Shown: one piece after another, positions 1 to 8,292 of the stretch
Position numbering within the stretch: position 1 is the first letter of the stretch
Layout: each line of letters begins with the position of its first letter
From: Pyrodictium abyssi
GTDB lineage: Archaea; Thermoproteota; Thermoprotei_A; Sulfolobales; Pyrodictiaceae
Direction of reading: 5' to 3'
Length of the DNA stretch: 32,000 bases
Assembly (NCBI RefSeq): GCF_036323395.1
Contig: NZ_AP028907.1
Span: forward strand, 1,380,001 to 1,412,000
Position numbers and translations under genes: made by a program
The notes under the pieces: generated by a model
The model's database searches: none
What the model was told of the DNA's origin: nothing
What the model saw: only the letters and a program-made list of their open reading frames with translations

Positions 1-53
1 AGCGGCACTAGGATGGCCGTGTAGCCCGCCGTGGCCGCATCCACCACCGCCAT
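1..53 (-). CDS. 5'-end fragment of the next gene of the complex-I-like operon (product not identifiable from ~17 codons, continues beyond the window)
   Basis: Reverse-strand ATG at 53 gives MAVVDAATAGYTAILVPL..., open to the window edge, starting 2 nt past the nuoK-like stop (56-58). Confidence 0.4.
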   Translation of the reverse strand, partial: MAVVDAATAGYTAILVP

Positions 54-55
54 TG

Positions 56-349
56 CTATCCCCTCAGCTCGTCCAGCTCGTCAACACTCTGGGCTCCGCG
101 CCGCCTAGACGCGCTGAGGGCGAGAGCGGCCGCGAGCGCTACTGCTCCCGTCTCGACCACTAGCATGAAGACGAAGAAGCCTAGGCTACCGCCCCATAGG
201 ACTAGGGAAGCTAGCGACGCGGCTGCCACAAGCTCTAGCCCGACTAGCACGCGTAGGAAGCTAGAGTACCGGGTAATCATGTAGAGCCCTGACGACGCGA
301 GCACTGCTATAGCGAGCGAGTAGAGTAGGCTAGTCTCCACGGCTGCCAC
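56..349 (-). CDS. nuoK: NADH-quinone oxidoreductase subunit K / MnhC-like membrane protein
   Basis: 97 aa, three hydrophobic segments with 'VLVGLELVAAASLASLV' resembling the NuoK core; lies between NuoJ-like and another downstream gene. Confidence 0.75.
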   Translation of the reverse strand: MAAVETSLLYSLAIAVLASSGLYMITRYSSFLRVLVGLELVAAASLASLVLWGGSLGFFVFMLVVETGAVALAAALALSASRRRGAQSVDELDELRG

Positions 350-773
350 CTCCTATGACCAGTCTTAGCGCTAGGAGCACTGATGCTAGCGGCGCGGAGG
401 CCATGGCCACGGCTAGTGGTGCCCACTCCTCGAGGCGGGGGTTCGGGGGCTCTACGCGTGAGCCGAGGTGCACGAGTACTACAAGCAGCACTAGCGCTCC
501 TGCGACGCCTAGGCCCGGCACTGCTCCCCGCTTCACACCCCCCAGTTCTGGGGCGAGGAACCCAGCAGCAGCGAGGAAGCCCCCAGCTAGCGAGAGCTGG
601 ACTATAGCCGCTGCCGGCTCACCCATATCGAGGAAGAGGAGGGCTAGGAACACCAGAGCAGCCGTGGAGGAGAGCAGCATCCTCTCGTCGCGCTCCGTGA
701 GCGCAGCGTAGAGCCCGGCCAGCGCAGCCGCGACTGCTAGCAGGGGCGCTGCCTCGGCCAACCTCGTCACCAC
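330..773 (-). CDS. nuoJ: NADH-quinone oxidoreductase subunit J-like membrane protein
   Basis: 147 aa multi-TM protein with 'ERDERMLLSSTAALVFLALLFLDMGEPAAAIVQLSLAGG'; operon position between H and K; overlaps nuoK by 20 bp. Confidence 0.65.
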   Translation of the reverse strand: MVTRLAEAAPLLAVAAALAGLYAALTERDERMLLSSTAALVFLALLFLDMGEPAAAIVQLSLAGGFLAAAGFLAPELGGVKRGAVPGLGVAGALVLLVVLVHLGSRVEPPNPRLEEWAPLAVAMASAPLASVLLALRLVIGGGSRGD

Positions 774-1723
774 CCCGCTGCAAGCGCTACCGCCGCTAGG
801 AAGAACGACGCGGGTACTATGATGCCCCAGGAGGCCTCGCCAACGTCTATCAGCCGCAGCCTCGGGGAAGCGGCTGCCACGAGAACCACTGCCAACGCCA
901 CAGCTGCCCCCGCCGCGAGGAGGGCCAGGAGGCCGAGAAGGCCGCTCAAGGGCGGCGCAATGAACATGGAGGTGTAGTAGTACACCGCGACGGTGGACTG
1001 TACGCTATGAGCTAGATGAGCGAAGGCCAGGCGACGCCCACTCATATCGGCTACAACGCCGCCCGCTATCTCTGTCTCCGCCTCGGCTATGCTGAAGGGG
1101 TTCCTCCCGCTCTCGATCAGTATGAGGAAGAATCCTAGGAGTAGACCAGCTAGCCAGACGGGTATGAGGATAGGCTTGGAGGCTAGGCTGCTCCAGAGCT
1201 TCGACCTTATCTCGGCGAGCTCGAGCGAGCCCGTAGCAGCATACGGGACTGCTAGCAGGGAGAGGAGGGCTACCTCGTAGCTGGCTAGCAGGCCAAGCAA
1301 ACGGAGGCCACCGACGACGTTGAAGGGGCTATGGGTCGAGTATGCAGCTAGGTAGAGGAGCCCCGTGGAGAGGACCAGGCACACAGAGACCAGTATTGTG
1401 TCGCCGTAGAAGCTGAAGCTGGTAGCGCCGTTCCAGGGTATGAATAGCGATGCAAAAGCAGCGAAGCCGAGGCTCAGCACAAGCATGACTGGCGTCGCCA
1501 CGGGATCCTGGCTTCTGGGCGCTAGGTCCTCCTTGCCGAGCAGCTTGAGTATATCGAAGAGCGGCTGGAGAAGCCCCCAGAGCCCAGTGTAGCTCGGCCC
1601 TATCCTGTTCTGAAGCCTCGCTGCGAGCTTCCGTTCAGCAGCTTCAAGGAAGAGGGCAAGTGCTACTACGAATGTAAGACCCGGGTACACAGTAGATTCC
1701 ACTACTAGTTGTGGAAGACTCAT
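767..1723 (-). CDS. nuoH: NADH-quinone oxidoreductase subunit H
   Basis: 318 aa with 'ERKLAARLQNRIGPSYTGLWGLLQPLFDILKLLGKEDLAP' and 'NPFSIAEAETEIAGG', the NuoH/FpoH signatures. Confidence 0.9.
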   Translation of the reverse strand: MSLPQLVVESTVYPGLTFVVALALFLEAAERKLAARLQNRIGPSYTGLWGLLQPLFDILKLLGKEDLAPRSQDPVATPVMLVLSLGFAAFASLFIPWNGATSFSFYGDTILVSVCLVLSTGLLYLAAYSTHSPFNVVGGLRLLGLLASYEVALLSLLAVPYAATGSLELAEIRSKLWSSLASKPILIPVWLAGLLLGFFLILIESGRNPFSIAEAETEIAGGVVADMSGRRLAFAHLAHSVQSTVAVYYYTSMFIAPPLSGLLGLLALLAAGAAVALAVVLVAAASPRLRLIDVGEASWGIIVPASFFLAAVALAAGW

Positions 1724-2055
1724 TGCTGTCTGGGCCTCCTTTTCCCGTTAGCTATATCCCGGGCAGCTATCGCCAAGAAGGCTCCAGCCGAGGCGAAGAG
1801 GAGAGTAGCAGCACCACCGCCGGATACTAGTACTGCTACGGGGACAGATTCGACTGAGGCGAAGAGTAGTAGGAGCCAAGGGTATGGCAGAGAACTCCTC
1901 TTGAGCGGTCCAGCCTTTTCTCCACACATGTAGGGGGCTATCGCATCGCCTCTATTCCTGGAGGATGGAGCTAGGCTCCTTGCTGCGAGGTAGTAGCTAG
2001 CAGCAACCATAATTATTAGCAGAAGTGCTGTAACCAGCTCTGTCATTACCTGCAC
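1720..2055 (-). CDS. nuoA: Divergent NADH-quinone oxidoreductase subunit A-like protein
   Basis: 111 aa; TM segment followed by 'DAIAPYMCGEKAG' (compare NuoA YECG motif); overlaps the nuoH start; GTG start. Confidence 0.65.
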   Translation of the reverse strand: MQVMTELVTALLLIIMVAASYYLAARSLAPSSRNRGDAIAPYMCGEKAGPLKRSSLPYPWLLLLFASVESVPVAVLVSGGGAATLLFASAGAFLAIAARDIANGKRRPRQQ

Positions 2056-2087
2056 CCAGGTGACATACTAATCTACACTTTTCTACA

Positions 2088-2104
2088 CTGTTATATTATA
2101 TTTG
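2088..2104 (-). promoter_or_regulatory. Candidate TATA region for the nuoAHJK operon
   Basis: A/T-only block (reverse strand 'aaatataatataac') about 35-45 nt upstream of the nuoA-like start. Confidence 0.35.
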
Positions 2105-2322
2105 TGTATACTATTATTTTCTAGCATCTTACCAATACTTGCCTTTCTTGCGACAGTATTAGTATTGAACCCCGCTAGAGTACGGAGCCAGTGGCAAAGC
2201 CAGCCGATACAATACGGTGCAGAGAGCCCGGTACACGGTACAGCTCATGAGGTATAATCGTCTAGAGAGCACCGGGGCTTTATGCCGGACTTGCACCAGG
2301 CAGCGCGTAGGGGTAAGCAGAG

Positions 2323-3960
2323 GTGCCGCCAAGGATTGCGCTTGTGACGGGTAGGCGGGCCCGGAGCCACGTTGAGAGCATCGTATCCGAGCTACGGCAG
2401 GCGACAGGCTGGGCCATAGACGTGGTCGAGGCGCCCATAGACGTTGCTGCACTTATTCCACGCGATATGCTGGAGAAGCTGCTCCGAAGCATCCATGGCA
2501 GGTACGATATAGTCATAGTGCCTGGTACTCTTGACTACAGTCTCGAGGGCCTAGACGATGCCGCTGGTGCGGCCGTGGTTAGAGGGCCCTCGGACCCGGA
2601 TAGCCTGAGGCTTCTAGCCGAGCTGGGCGAGGAGGGGCTCCAGAGGCTCGCAGAACAGGGGAGACTAGACCCATCTCTCCTACTCGATAAATGGCTCGAG
2701 GAGCTGCGCGAGCACCATGCTTCTACTCGCTGCGTGGACGTCTGCGGTGTTCGTGTACCCATAAGGCCTCCACCTATCGTCGTAGCTGCTGAGTTGTTCG
2801 TTGAGCACGGTGCTTCTGCTGAGGCAGTGGCCGAGCAGGCAGCGGAGCTGCTGGAGCGTGGCGGCGACATACTGGTAGCGGGGTTTGGGCAGGGCTGGGA
2901 CCGGGAGGAGGCACTCCGTGTACTACGTGCTCTGGTCGACCGTGCCGGCCCTGTGGCCGTGGATACGCCGGATAAGATGCTGGCTCTCGAAGCGGCTCGG
3001 AGGGGTCTCAGCTGCCTGACCATGTCGCTCAGCGAGGGGGATCCGCTGTTCGAGAAGCTGCCGAGAAAAAGCCCGGTAGTGGTTATCCCCCTGGACTCGT
3101 CTTTCAACGTGCCTAGAGGCGCAGCGGAGAGGGTTAGGCTGCTAGAGCATCTTGTACGGCACGCCGAGAGAGCCGGGCTCATACCAATAGCCGACCCGAT
3201 GGTGGATCCGCCGGGCTGGGGGCTAGCGCAGAGCGTCACTGCCTACGTTGAGGCGGCGTCGAGGCTCCCGGAGACACCTATGCTCGCGGGTATCGCTAAC
3301 GTGTACGAACTTGTGGACGCCGATACTCATGGACAGATAGCTGTGCTTACACAGCTATTCGCTGAGGCTGGTGCCTCGCTTATGCTTGTCACCGAGAAGA
3401 GCCGGAAGGCGGCCATGGCTGTCACCGAGGCTTCGATAGCGGCCACTATGACCAGCGTGTCTCTCCTTAAGAAGAGGTGGCCGAAGGACCTCGGGGTGGA
3501 CCTGCTCTACGCTAAGGAGAAGAGGCCGCGGAGCGGAAGCCCCCGGCTGCCCCGCAAGCCACGGCTCGTACTGGATGCTAGCAGCCTTGCCGAGTGGTAT
3601 GGGTTCCGCCAGGACCGTGTCGGCAGCCACATAATAGTCGTCGAGGACGGCGTGATAAGGGACGTCTACATAGGTAGGAGGGGCGTAGTAGAGCTACGTG
3701 GGAGGAGCGCCAAGGACATATACAAGGCTGTGTCGTACCTCGGGCTCGCTAGGGAGCCGAGCCACTATGCCTACCTAGGCTACGAGCTGTGCCGCGCAGA
3801 GCTAGCAGCCGTTATGAAGAGGAGCTACGTGCAGGACGAGCCCCTGCTGACACCACCGTGGGCTAGGTGCCGCAGGTACAGCGCCAGGAGCATGTCTGTG
3901 GCCGGGCAGAGCAACGGGGACAGTAAGGCCGAAGAAAAGCCCCGGGGCGAGAAGGGATAG
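2323..3960 (+). CDS. Dihydropteroate synthase-related protein (archaeal MJ0107 / TIGR00284-like)
   Basis: 545 aa, GTG start. N-terminal 'RIALVTGRRARSHVESIVSEL', DHPS-like barrel segments ('PIRPPPIVVAAELF', 'DILVAGFG', 'SVTAYVEAASRLPETPMLAGIANVYELVDADTHGQIAVLTQLFAEAGASLMLVTEKSRKA'), C-terminal beta-rich domain. Confidence 0.8.
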   Translation: MPPRIALVTGRRARSHVESIVSELRQATGWAIDVVEAPIDVAALIPRDMLEKLLRSIHGRYDIVIVPGTLDYSLEGLDDAAGAAVVRGPSDPDSLRLLAELGEEGLQRLAEQGRLDPSLLLDKWLEELREHHASTRCVDVCGVRVPIRPPPIVVAAELFVEHGASAEAVAEQAAELLERGGDILVAGFGQGWDREEALRVLRALVDRAGPVAVDTPDKMLALEAARRGLSCLTMSLSEGDPLFEKLPRKSPVVVIPLDSSFNVPRGAAERVRLLEHLVRHAERAGLIPIADPMVDPPGWGLAQSVTAYVEAASRLPETPMLAGIANVYELVDADTHGQIAVLTQLFAEAGASLMLVTEKSRKAAMAVTEASIAATMTSVSLLKKRWPKDLGVDLLYAKEKRPRSGSPRLPRKPRLVLDASSLAEWYGFRQDRVGSHIIVVEDGVIRDVYIGRRGVVELRGRSAKDIYKAVSYLGLAREPSHYAYLGYELCRAELAAVMKRSYVQDEPLLTPPWARCRRYSARSMSVAGQSNGDSKAEEKPRGEKG

Positions 3961-3961
3961 G

Positions 3962-4129
3962 TCAGCTCTGCTGCTGGGCTTCCGCGGCCTGCCTGATTAC
4001 GAGGCTGCGGCCTTTCCACTCGTAGCGCCCGGCTTTTAGGGCCTCGAGTATCTCGCGGGCCTTCTTGTCGTTAGGGTGCTTGCGTAGATGGCGCTCGAGC
4101 CTCCTTATGAGGCGTAGCTTCCGGCTCAT
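3962..4129 (-). CDS. Small basic conserved-looking hypothetical protein (55 aa), absent from ORF track
   Basis: ATG at 4127-4129 to TGA at 3962-3964: MSRKLRLIRRLERHLRKHPNDKKAREILEALKAGRYEWKGRSLVIRQAAEAQQQS; fills the gap, convergent with the upstream gene. Confidence 0.6.
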   Translation of the reverse strand: MSRKLRLIRRLERHLRKHPNDKKAREILEALKAGRYEWKGRSLVIRQAAEAQQQS

Positions 4130-4250
4130 GGCGTGCTCTCACCCGTGTACTGGGGCAACAGCTGTTAGACGGGGGCGGCATAAACGCTACCCTCTCCACC
4201 CTGGGGGCTGTGAGGACGCGTTCCCACACTGTCCGGTTGCGGCGTAGGCC

Positions 4251-5036
4251 CTAAGGGGGCCGGTGGCCGTAACCCCCCTTCGCCGAGCCTTCTTCTAGCC
4301 GCCTCCTAGCCGCCACAGCCATGTCGGGGTAGTCCGTCGCTATCCCGTCTACGCCCCGTTTCGCTAGCTCTAGCACCCAGTGTTCCTCGTTGACGGTCCA
4401 CGCTACTACGCGTAGGCCGAGGCGATGCGCCAGGCTCACTGCCTTGGCCGTGGCTAGGGGGTACCGTGGGAGCACTATGCGGCAGCCTAGCTTGCGGCAG
4501 TCGAGTATACGGCCGGGTGGCCGGAAGTAGATGATGCCCGTGGGCAGCCCCGGCTCTAGCTGGCGCGCCGTGTGGAGGGCTTCGTCATGGAAGCTTATCA
4601 GCGCAGCCATGTCTACAGCGTTCTCCCTCTTCAAGACCTCTATTATCCTGCCCGTGTCCCCCGGCTCCTTGACCTCTAGGAAGAGGAGTATCCGGCCACG
4701 CGCCTCCTCTATGATCTCCTCGAGCGTTGGCGGCGTCTCGCCCCCGCCGAGGTCCACGCTCTTCACCTCGGCTAGGCTGGCGCTCCTCACATCCACTGTC
4801 CTGCCATCAGCGCCGCGTAGCACCGGGTCGTGGGACGCGACTACAGCACCGTCGCTGGTTACCTGTATGTCGAACTCCGCGATGTCGGCACCAACGTCTA
4901 TCGCCTTGCGGAGCGCAGCCAGGGTGTTCTCGGGGGCTAGGCCGCGGGCACCCCTGTGCCCGACCACTGCGAAGGGCCTGCGGCCTAGCGCTTCTAGAAC
5001 CGGGTGCAGACGCCAGCCACCCCTCTCCGGAGCCAC
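4251..5036 (-). CDS. Glycerophosphodiester phosphodiesterase
   Basis: 261 aa with 'VGHRGARGLAPENTLAALRKAIDVGADIAEFDIQVTSDGAVVASHDP' and 'VVAWTVNEEHWVLELAKRGVDGIATDYPD', classic GDPD motifs. Confidence 0.95.
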   Translation of the reverse strand: MAPERGGWRLHPVLEALGRRPFAVVGHRGARGLAPENTLAALRKAIDVGADIAEFDIQVTSDGAVVASHDPVLRGADGRTVDVRSASLAEVKSVDLGGGETPPTLEEIIEEARGRILLFLEVKEPGDTGRIIEVLKRENAVDMAALISFHDEALHTARQLEPGLPTGIIYFRPPGRILDCRKLGCRIVLPRYPLATAKAVSLAHRLGLRVVAWTVNEEHWVLELAKRGVDGIATDYPDMAVAARRRLEEGSAKGGYGHRPP

Positions 5037-5141
5037 GGCTGCAGGTAGAAGGGGCGTGAGGGGCGTTATACCTGCCCCCAGGACGCTGAAGAGAGCGAGC
5101 TGTTTGGAGGAGTGACCGTGGAAACAGAGGGGTTATGGGTT

Positions 5142-6176
5142 CTAGTGTTCTAGGAGCTGGGCTAGCCTCTTGGCTATGTTCTCCGCGACGTCCATTGTCT
5201 TGGCGCTGCCGCCTAGGTCTGGCGTCAGTACACGGTCCTCTACGAGAGTGGCCTCTATCGCCTTGTCAAGGCTCTTCGCCGCACTAGCCAGGCGGGAGTC
5301 GCCGTGCTTCTGGGCTAGGTACTCCATCATGAGCCGGGCCGCGTGTATAGCTGCTACCGGGTTCGCAATGCCCTTTCCTGCTATGTCGAAGCCAGCCCCG
5401 TGCACCGGCTCGAAGACCGCGTAGCGCTCGCCTATCTGGCCGGAGCCGCAGAGCCCTAGGCTCCCGGCCAGCCCAGCGGCTAGGTCGCTTAGGATGTCAC
5501 CGTAGAGGTTCATGGTGACCAGCACCTGGAGCTTCTCCGGGGCACGGGCCATGTTATAGGCTGCTGCGTCTACTATGAGGTCGTCGGCCTGTATCTCGGG
5601 GTATTCTTTGGCTATCTCGCGGAACACCTGGAGGAAGAGGCCGTCGCTTAGCTTGAGTATGTTGGCCTTATGGACTGCTGTGACCCTCTGGAACCCGTTG
5701 GCCTTGGCGTACTCGAAGGCGAACCGTATTATCCTCTCCGAGCCGTGGCGCGTCACTATCTTGACCGCTAGTGCCTGGTCTCGGAAGACGCCTTCTATCC
5801 CGGCGTACAGGCCTTCGGTGTTCTCCCGGACGATGACCATGTTGAAGACCCTGGGCGAGACCCCGGGGTAGCCTCTACAGGGGCGTAGGTTAGCGTAGAG
5901 GTCTAGGCTCTGCCTTATGTAGACGTTTATGCTCCGGTAGCCGCCGGGCCCGACCGGCGTGGCGAGGGGCCCCTTTAGCACCGCGTCTGCTGCGCGGAGC
6001 TTGTCCAGGACGTCGTCGGGAAACGGCTTGCCGGTCCGGTTGTAGTATGCGAGGCCTGCCTCGACCTCCTCTATGTCGAAGACGCCTACGACTTCTAGTA
6101 CGCGGCGCGCTGCCGCTGTTACCTCTGGGCCTATGCCGTCGCCGGGTATGAGCACTATGTGGTAGCGGCGTGGCAT
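5142..6176 (-). CDS. Isocitrate/isopropylmalate dehydrogenase family; residues favour NAD-dependent isocitrate dehydrogenase
   Basis: 344 aa; 'IPGDGIGPEV', 'YRSINVYIRQSLDLYANLRP' (ICDH-like S-x-N-V...R), 'IVRENTEGLYAGIEG', 'HGAGFDIAGKGIANP' (NAD-type DI). Family certain, substrate inferred. Confidence 0.9.
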   Translation of the reverse strand: MPRRYHIVLIPGDGIGPEVTAAARRVLEVVGVFDIEEVEAGLAYYNRTGKPFPDDVLDKLRAADAVLKGPLATPVGPGGYRSINVYIRQSLDLYANLRPCRGYPGVSPRVFNMVIVRENTEGLYAGIEGVFRDQALAVKIVTRHGSERIIRFAFEYAKANGFQRVTAVHKANILKLSDGLFLQVFREIAKEYPEIQADDLIVDAAAYNMARAPEKLQVLVTMNLYGDILSDLAAGLAGSLGLCGSGQIGERYAVFEPVHGAGFDIAGKGIANPVAAIHAARLMMEYLAQKHGDSRLASAAKSLDKAIEATLVEDRVLTPDLGGSAKTMDVAENIAKRLAQLLEH

Positions 6177-6183
6177 CGCCGCT

Positions 6184-6696
6184 TCACCAGGGGAGCCTGT
6201 TCATCTTCTTGATGTACTCTACTATTCCGCCCGCCTCGAGTATCTCTAGGAGCTGCCTGGGTGGTGGCTGGAACCTCTCCTCGACGCCTTTTGTCGCGTT
6301 GCGTACCACGCCTGCCTCGAGGTCTACCTCTATCTCGTCGCCCTGCTCAGTGACCTCGGGGATTCTCTGGACTATTATCACGGGTAGGCCTATGTTTATC
6401 GAGTTCCTGTAGAATATCCTGTGGAAGCTCTTAGCGAGTACTGCGCCCACGCCAGCTAGCTTGAGGAGCCTGGGTGCGTGCTCGCGGCTGCTCCCGTAGC
6501 CGAAGCCGCGGCCTGCCACTATCACGTCGCCTGGCTGCACCTTCTTGTAGAACTCTGGTATGACTTCCTCGAAGACGTAGGGGAGCATGTCCTCTAGCCT
6601 GTTTATCTTAGCGAACTTGTACTTACCGCTTATAATGTGGTCTGTGCTTATGTTATCGCCTAGCACCCATGCTCTCCCACGGATAACCCTAGCCAT
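6184..6696 (-). CDS. LeuD/HacB-family hydro-lyase small (swivel) subunit; substrate undetermined
   Basis: 170 aa; 'GDNISTDHIISGKYKF', 'GRGFGYGSSREHAP', 'SFHRIFYRNSINIGLPVI'. Confidence 0.92.
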   Translation of the reverse strand: MARVIRGRAWVLGDNISTDHIISGKYKFAKINRLEDMLPYVFEEVIPEFYKKVQPGDVIVAGRGFGYGSSREHAPRLLKLAGVGAVLAKSFHRIFYRNSINIGLPVIIVQRIPEVTEQGDEIEVDLEAGVVRNATKGVEERFQPPPRQLLEILEAGGIVEYIKKMNRLPW

Positions 6697-6723
6697 GCGT
6701 GCCCACCTCCTTCTTCTCCAGCG

Positions 6724-8055
6724 TTAGGGCTTGAAGCTGTACGAGGGGTCTACCACCATGAGCCTGGCATCTGCGGGTAGGAGTTCCCGTGGGTCTGTTA
6801 TCCGCCCGGTCACGGCAGCTGCTGCGGCTGTCGCGGGGCTTGCGAGGTAGACTTTCGACTCCTTGTGGCCCATGCGGCCGGTGAAGTTTCTGTTAGTTGT
6901 TGATACCGCTACCTCGCCCTCGCCGAGGAGGCCGAGGTGCGCGCCTATGCAGGGGCCACAGGTGCCGAATGCTACGAAGCAGCCAGCCTCGACGAGTATG
7001 TCTATTATGCCGTTACGTAGTAGCCTCTCGTAGACCTTACGGGACGCTGGCACGGCTATGCAGCGTACCCCGTCCTTCACCCGGCGGCCCTTGAGTATCC
7101 GGGCAGCAGCCACGTAGTCCTCGTAGCGGCCGTTGGTGCAGCTCCCTATGAACACCTGGTCGACCTCTAGGCCCTCGACCTCGCGGACGGGCTTAACGTT
7201 GTCGACGTTTGGCGGTGCTGCGACTACTGGCTCGAGGCGCGGAAGCTCCAGCTCCAGCTCCTCGTCGTACTCAGCCCCCGCGTCGGGCTCTAGCAGTGGC
7301 ACCTCTGTGCCGTGGTTCACCCGGTACCACTCTCTAGCCACAGCGTCTGAAGGGAAGAGGCCCACCTTAGCGCCCATCTCCACGGCCATGTTGCTTATGG
7401 TCATCCTGGAGTCCATGGATATCGTTTTTAGGCCCTCGCCCTGGAACTCTACCGCCTTGTATATCATGCCGTCGGAGCGGACCATGCCTATGATCGTGAG
7501 CACTATGTCCTTACCCATTATGTAGCCGGGGGCCTCCCCGCTGAGCTTGAGCCTTACCTGCTCGGGTACGCGCATCCATAGCTTGCCCGTAGCCATCGCT
7601 ATAGCAGCGTCAGTACTCCCGACACCTGTAGCGAAGGCGGTAAAGGCGCCGCCCGTCACGGTGTGGCTATCCGCACCCACGACGAACATTCCCGGCTTTA
7701 CGAGGCCCTCGTCGGCGACGACCTGGTGGCTTATCCCTGTACCCACGTCGAAGAGCCTCACACCATGCTCCTTAGCGAAGCGCCTCATTGCGCGGTGTAC
7801 CAGCGCTGCCGCCACCGTCGGCGCTGGCGCTGCGTGGTCGATGAACAGTGCTACACGCTTGGGGTCGAATACGCGGCTGAGCAGTGGCGTCTCCTTCATC
7901 ACGTCTAGGGCCAGCGTGAATGTGCCGTCGTGGGCGTATACTAGGTCGATAGGGACTACTACTATCTCTCCTCTCTCCGGTACTCGACCAAGCTTACCCT
8001 CGAAGAGTTTCTCTGTAAGGGTACGTGCCGCGCTCAACACACCATCCCCTCTCAT
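6724..8055 (-). CDS. LeuC/HacA-family hydro-lyase large [4Fe-4S] subunit; substrate undetermined
   Basis: 443 aa; 'VVGADSHTVTGGAFTAFATGVGSTD', 'VDQVFIGSCTNGR', 'FGTCGPCIGAHLG', 'STTNRNFTGRMG'. Confidence 0.93.
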   Translation of the reverse strand: MRGDGVLSAARTLTEKLFEGKLGRVPERGEIVVVPIDLVYAHDGTFTLALDVMKETPLLSRVFDPKRVALFIDHAAPAPTVAAALVHRAMRRFAKEHGVRLFDVGTGISHQVVADEGLVKPGMFVVGADSHTVTGGAFTAFATGVGSTDAAIAMATGKLWMRVPEQVRLKLSGEAPGYIMGKDIVLTIIGMVRSDGMIYKAVEFQGEGLKTISMDSRMTISNMAVEMGAKVGLFPSDAVAREWYRVNHGTEVPLLEPDAGAEYDEELELELPRLEPVVAAPPNVDNVKPVREVEGLEVDQVFIGSCTNGRYEDYVAAARILKGRRVKDGVRCIAVPASRKVYERLLRNGIIDILVEAGCFVAFGTCGPCIGAHLGLLGEGEVAVSTTNRNFTGRMGHKESKVYLASPATAAAAAVTGRITDPRELLPADARLMVVDPSYSFKP

Positions 8056-8292
8056 CCCGGTTCAACCATTGGATACGCCTCTCCGGGGACCCAACACCAT
8101 AGCTCTACGTTGTGCGAGTGAAGCAGGCCGTTAATGCCCTAGGGTCGCTGCATGCTGGGCCAGTGGCCCAGACCATTCAAGCGGCTATAGCGCCATGGGG
8201 GCTCCTAGCACCCCCACAGTTATAACTCTATATGCGCTATTTAACCCAGACACTTCACATAATCCGTAGTTGTAAAACCCTAGAGCCAGGGG

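Noticed and set aside
4531-5115. 194-aa plus-strand ORF opposite the GDPD gene
   Set aside because: Antisense frame to a clear GDPD; no recognisable motif.
7133-8134. Long plus-strand ORFs (130 aa and 195 aa) opposite the LeuC-like gene
   Set aside because: Antisense to a strongly supported CDS; Ser/Thr/Pro-rich low-information translations typical of antisense frames in GC-rich genes.
8056-8292. Possible tRNA ('cccggttcaaccattgg...ccgggg' near 8078-8116)
   Set aside because: Has a TTCAA-like segment but no matching acceptor, D-arm or anticodon stem could be drawn.
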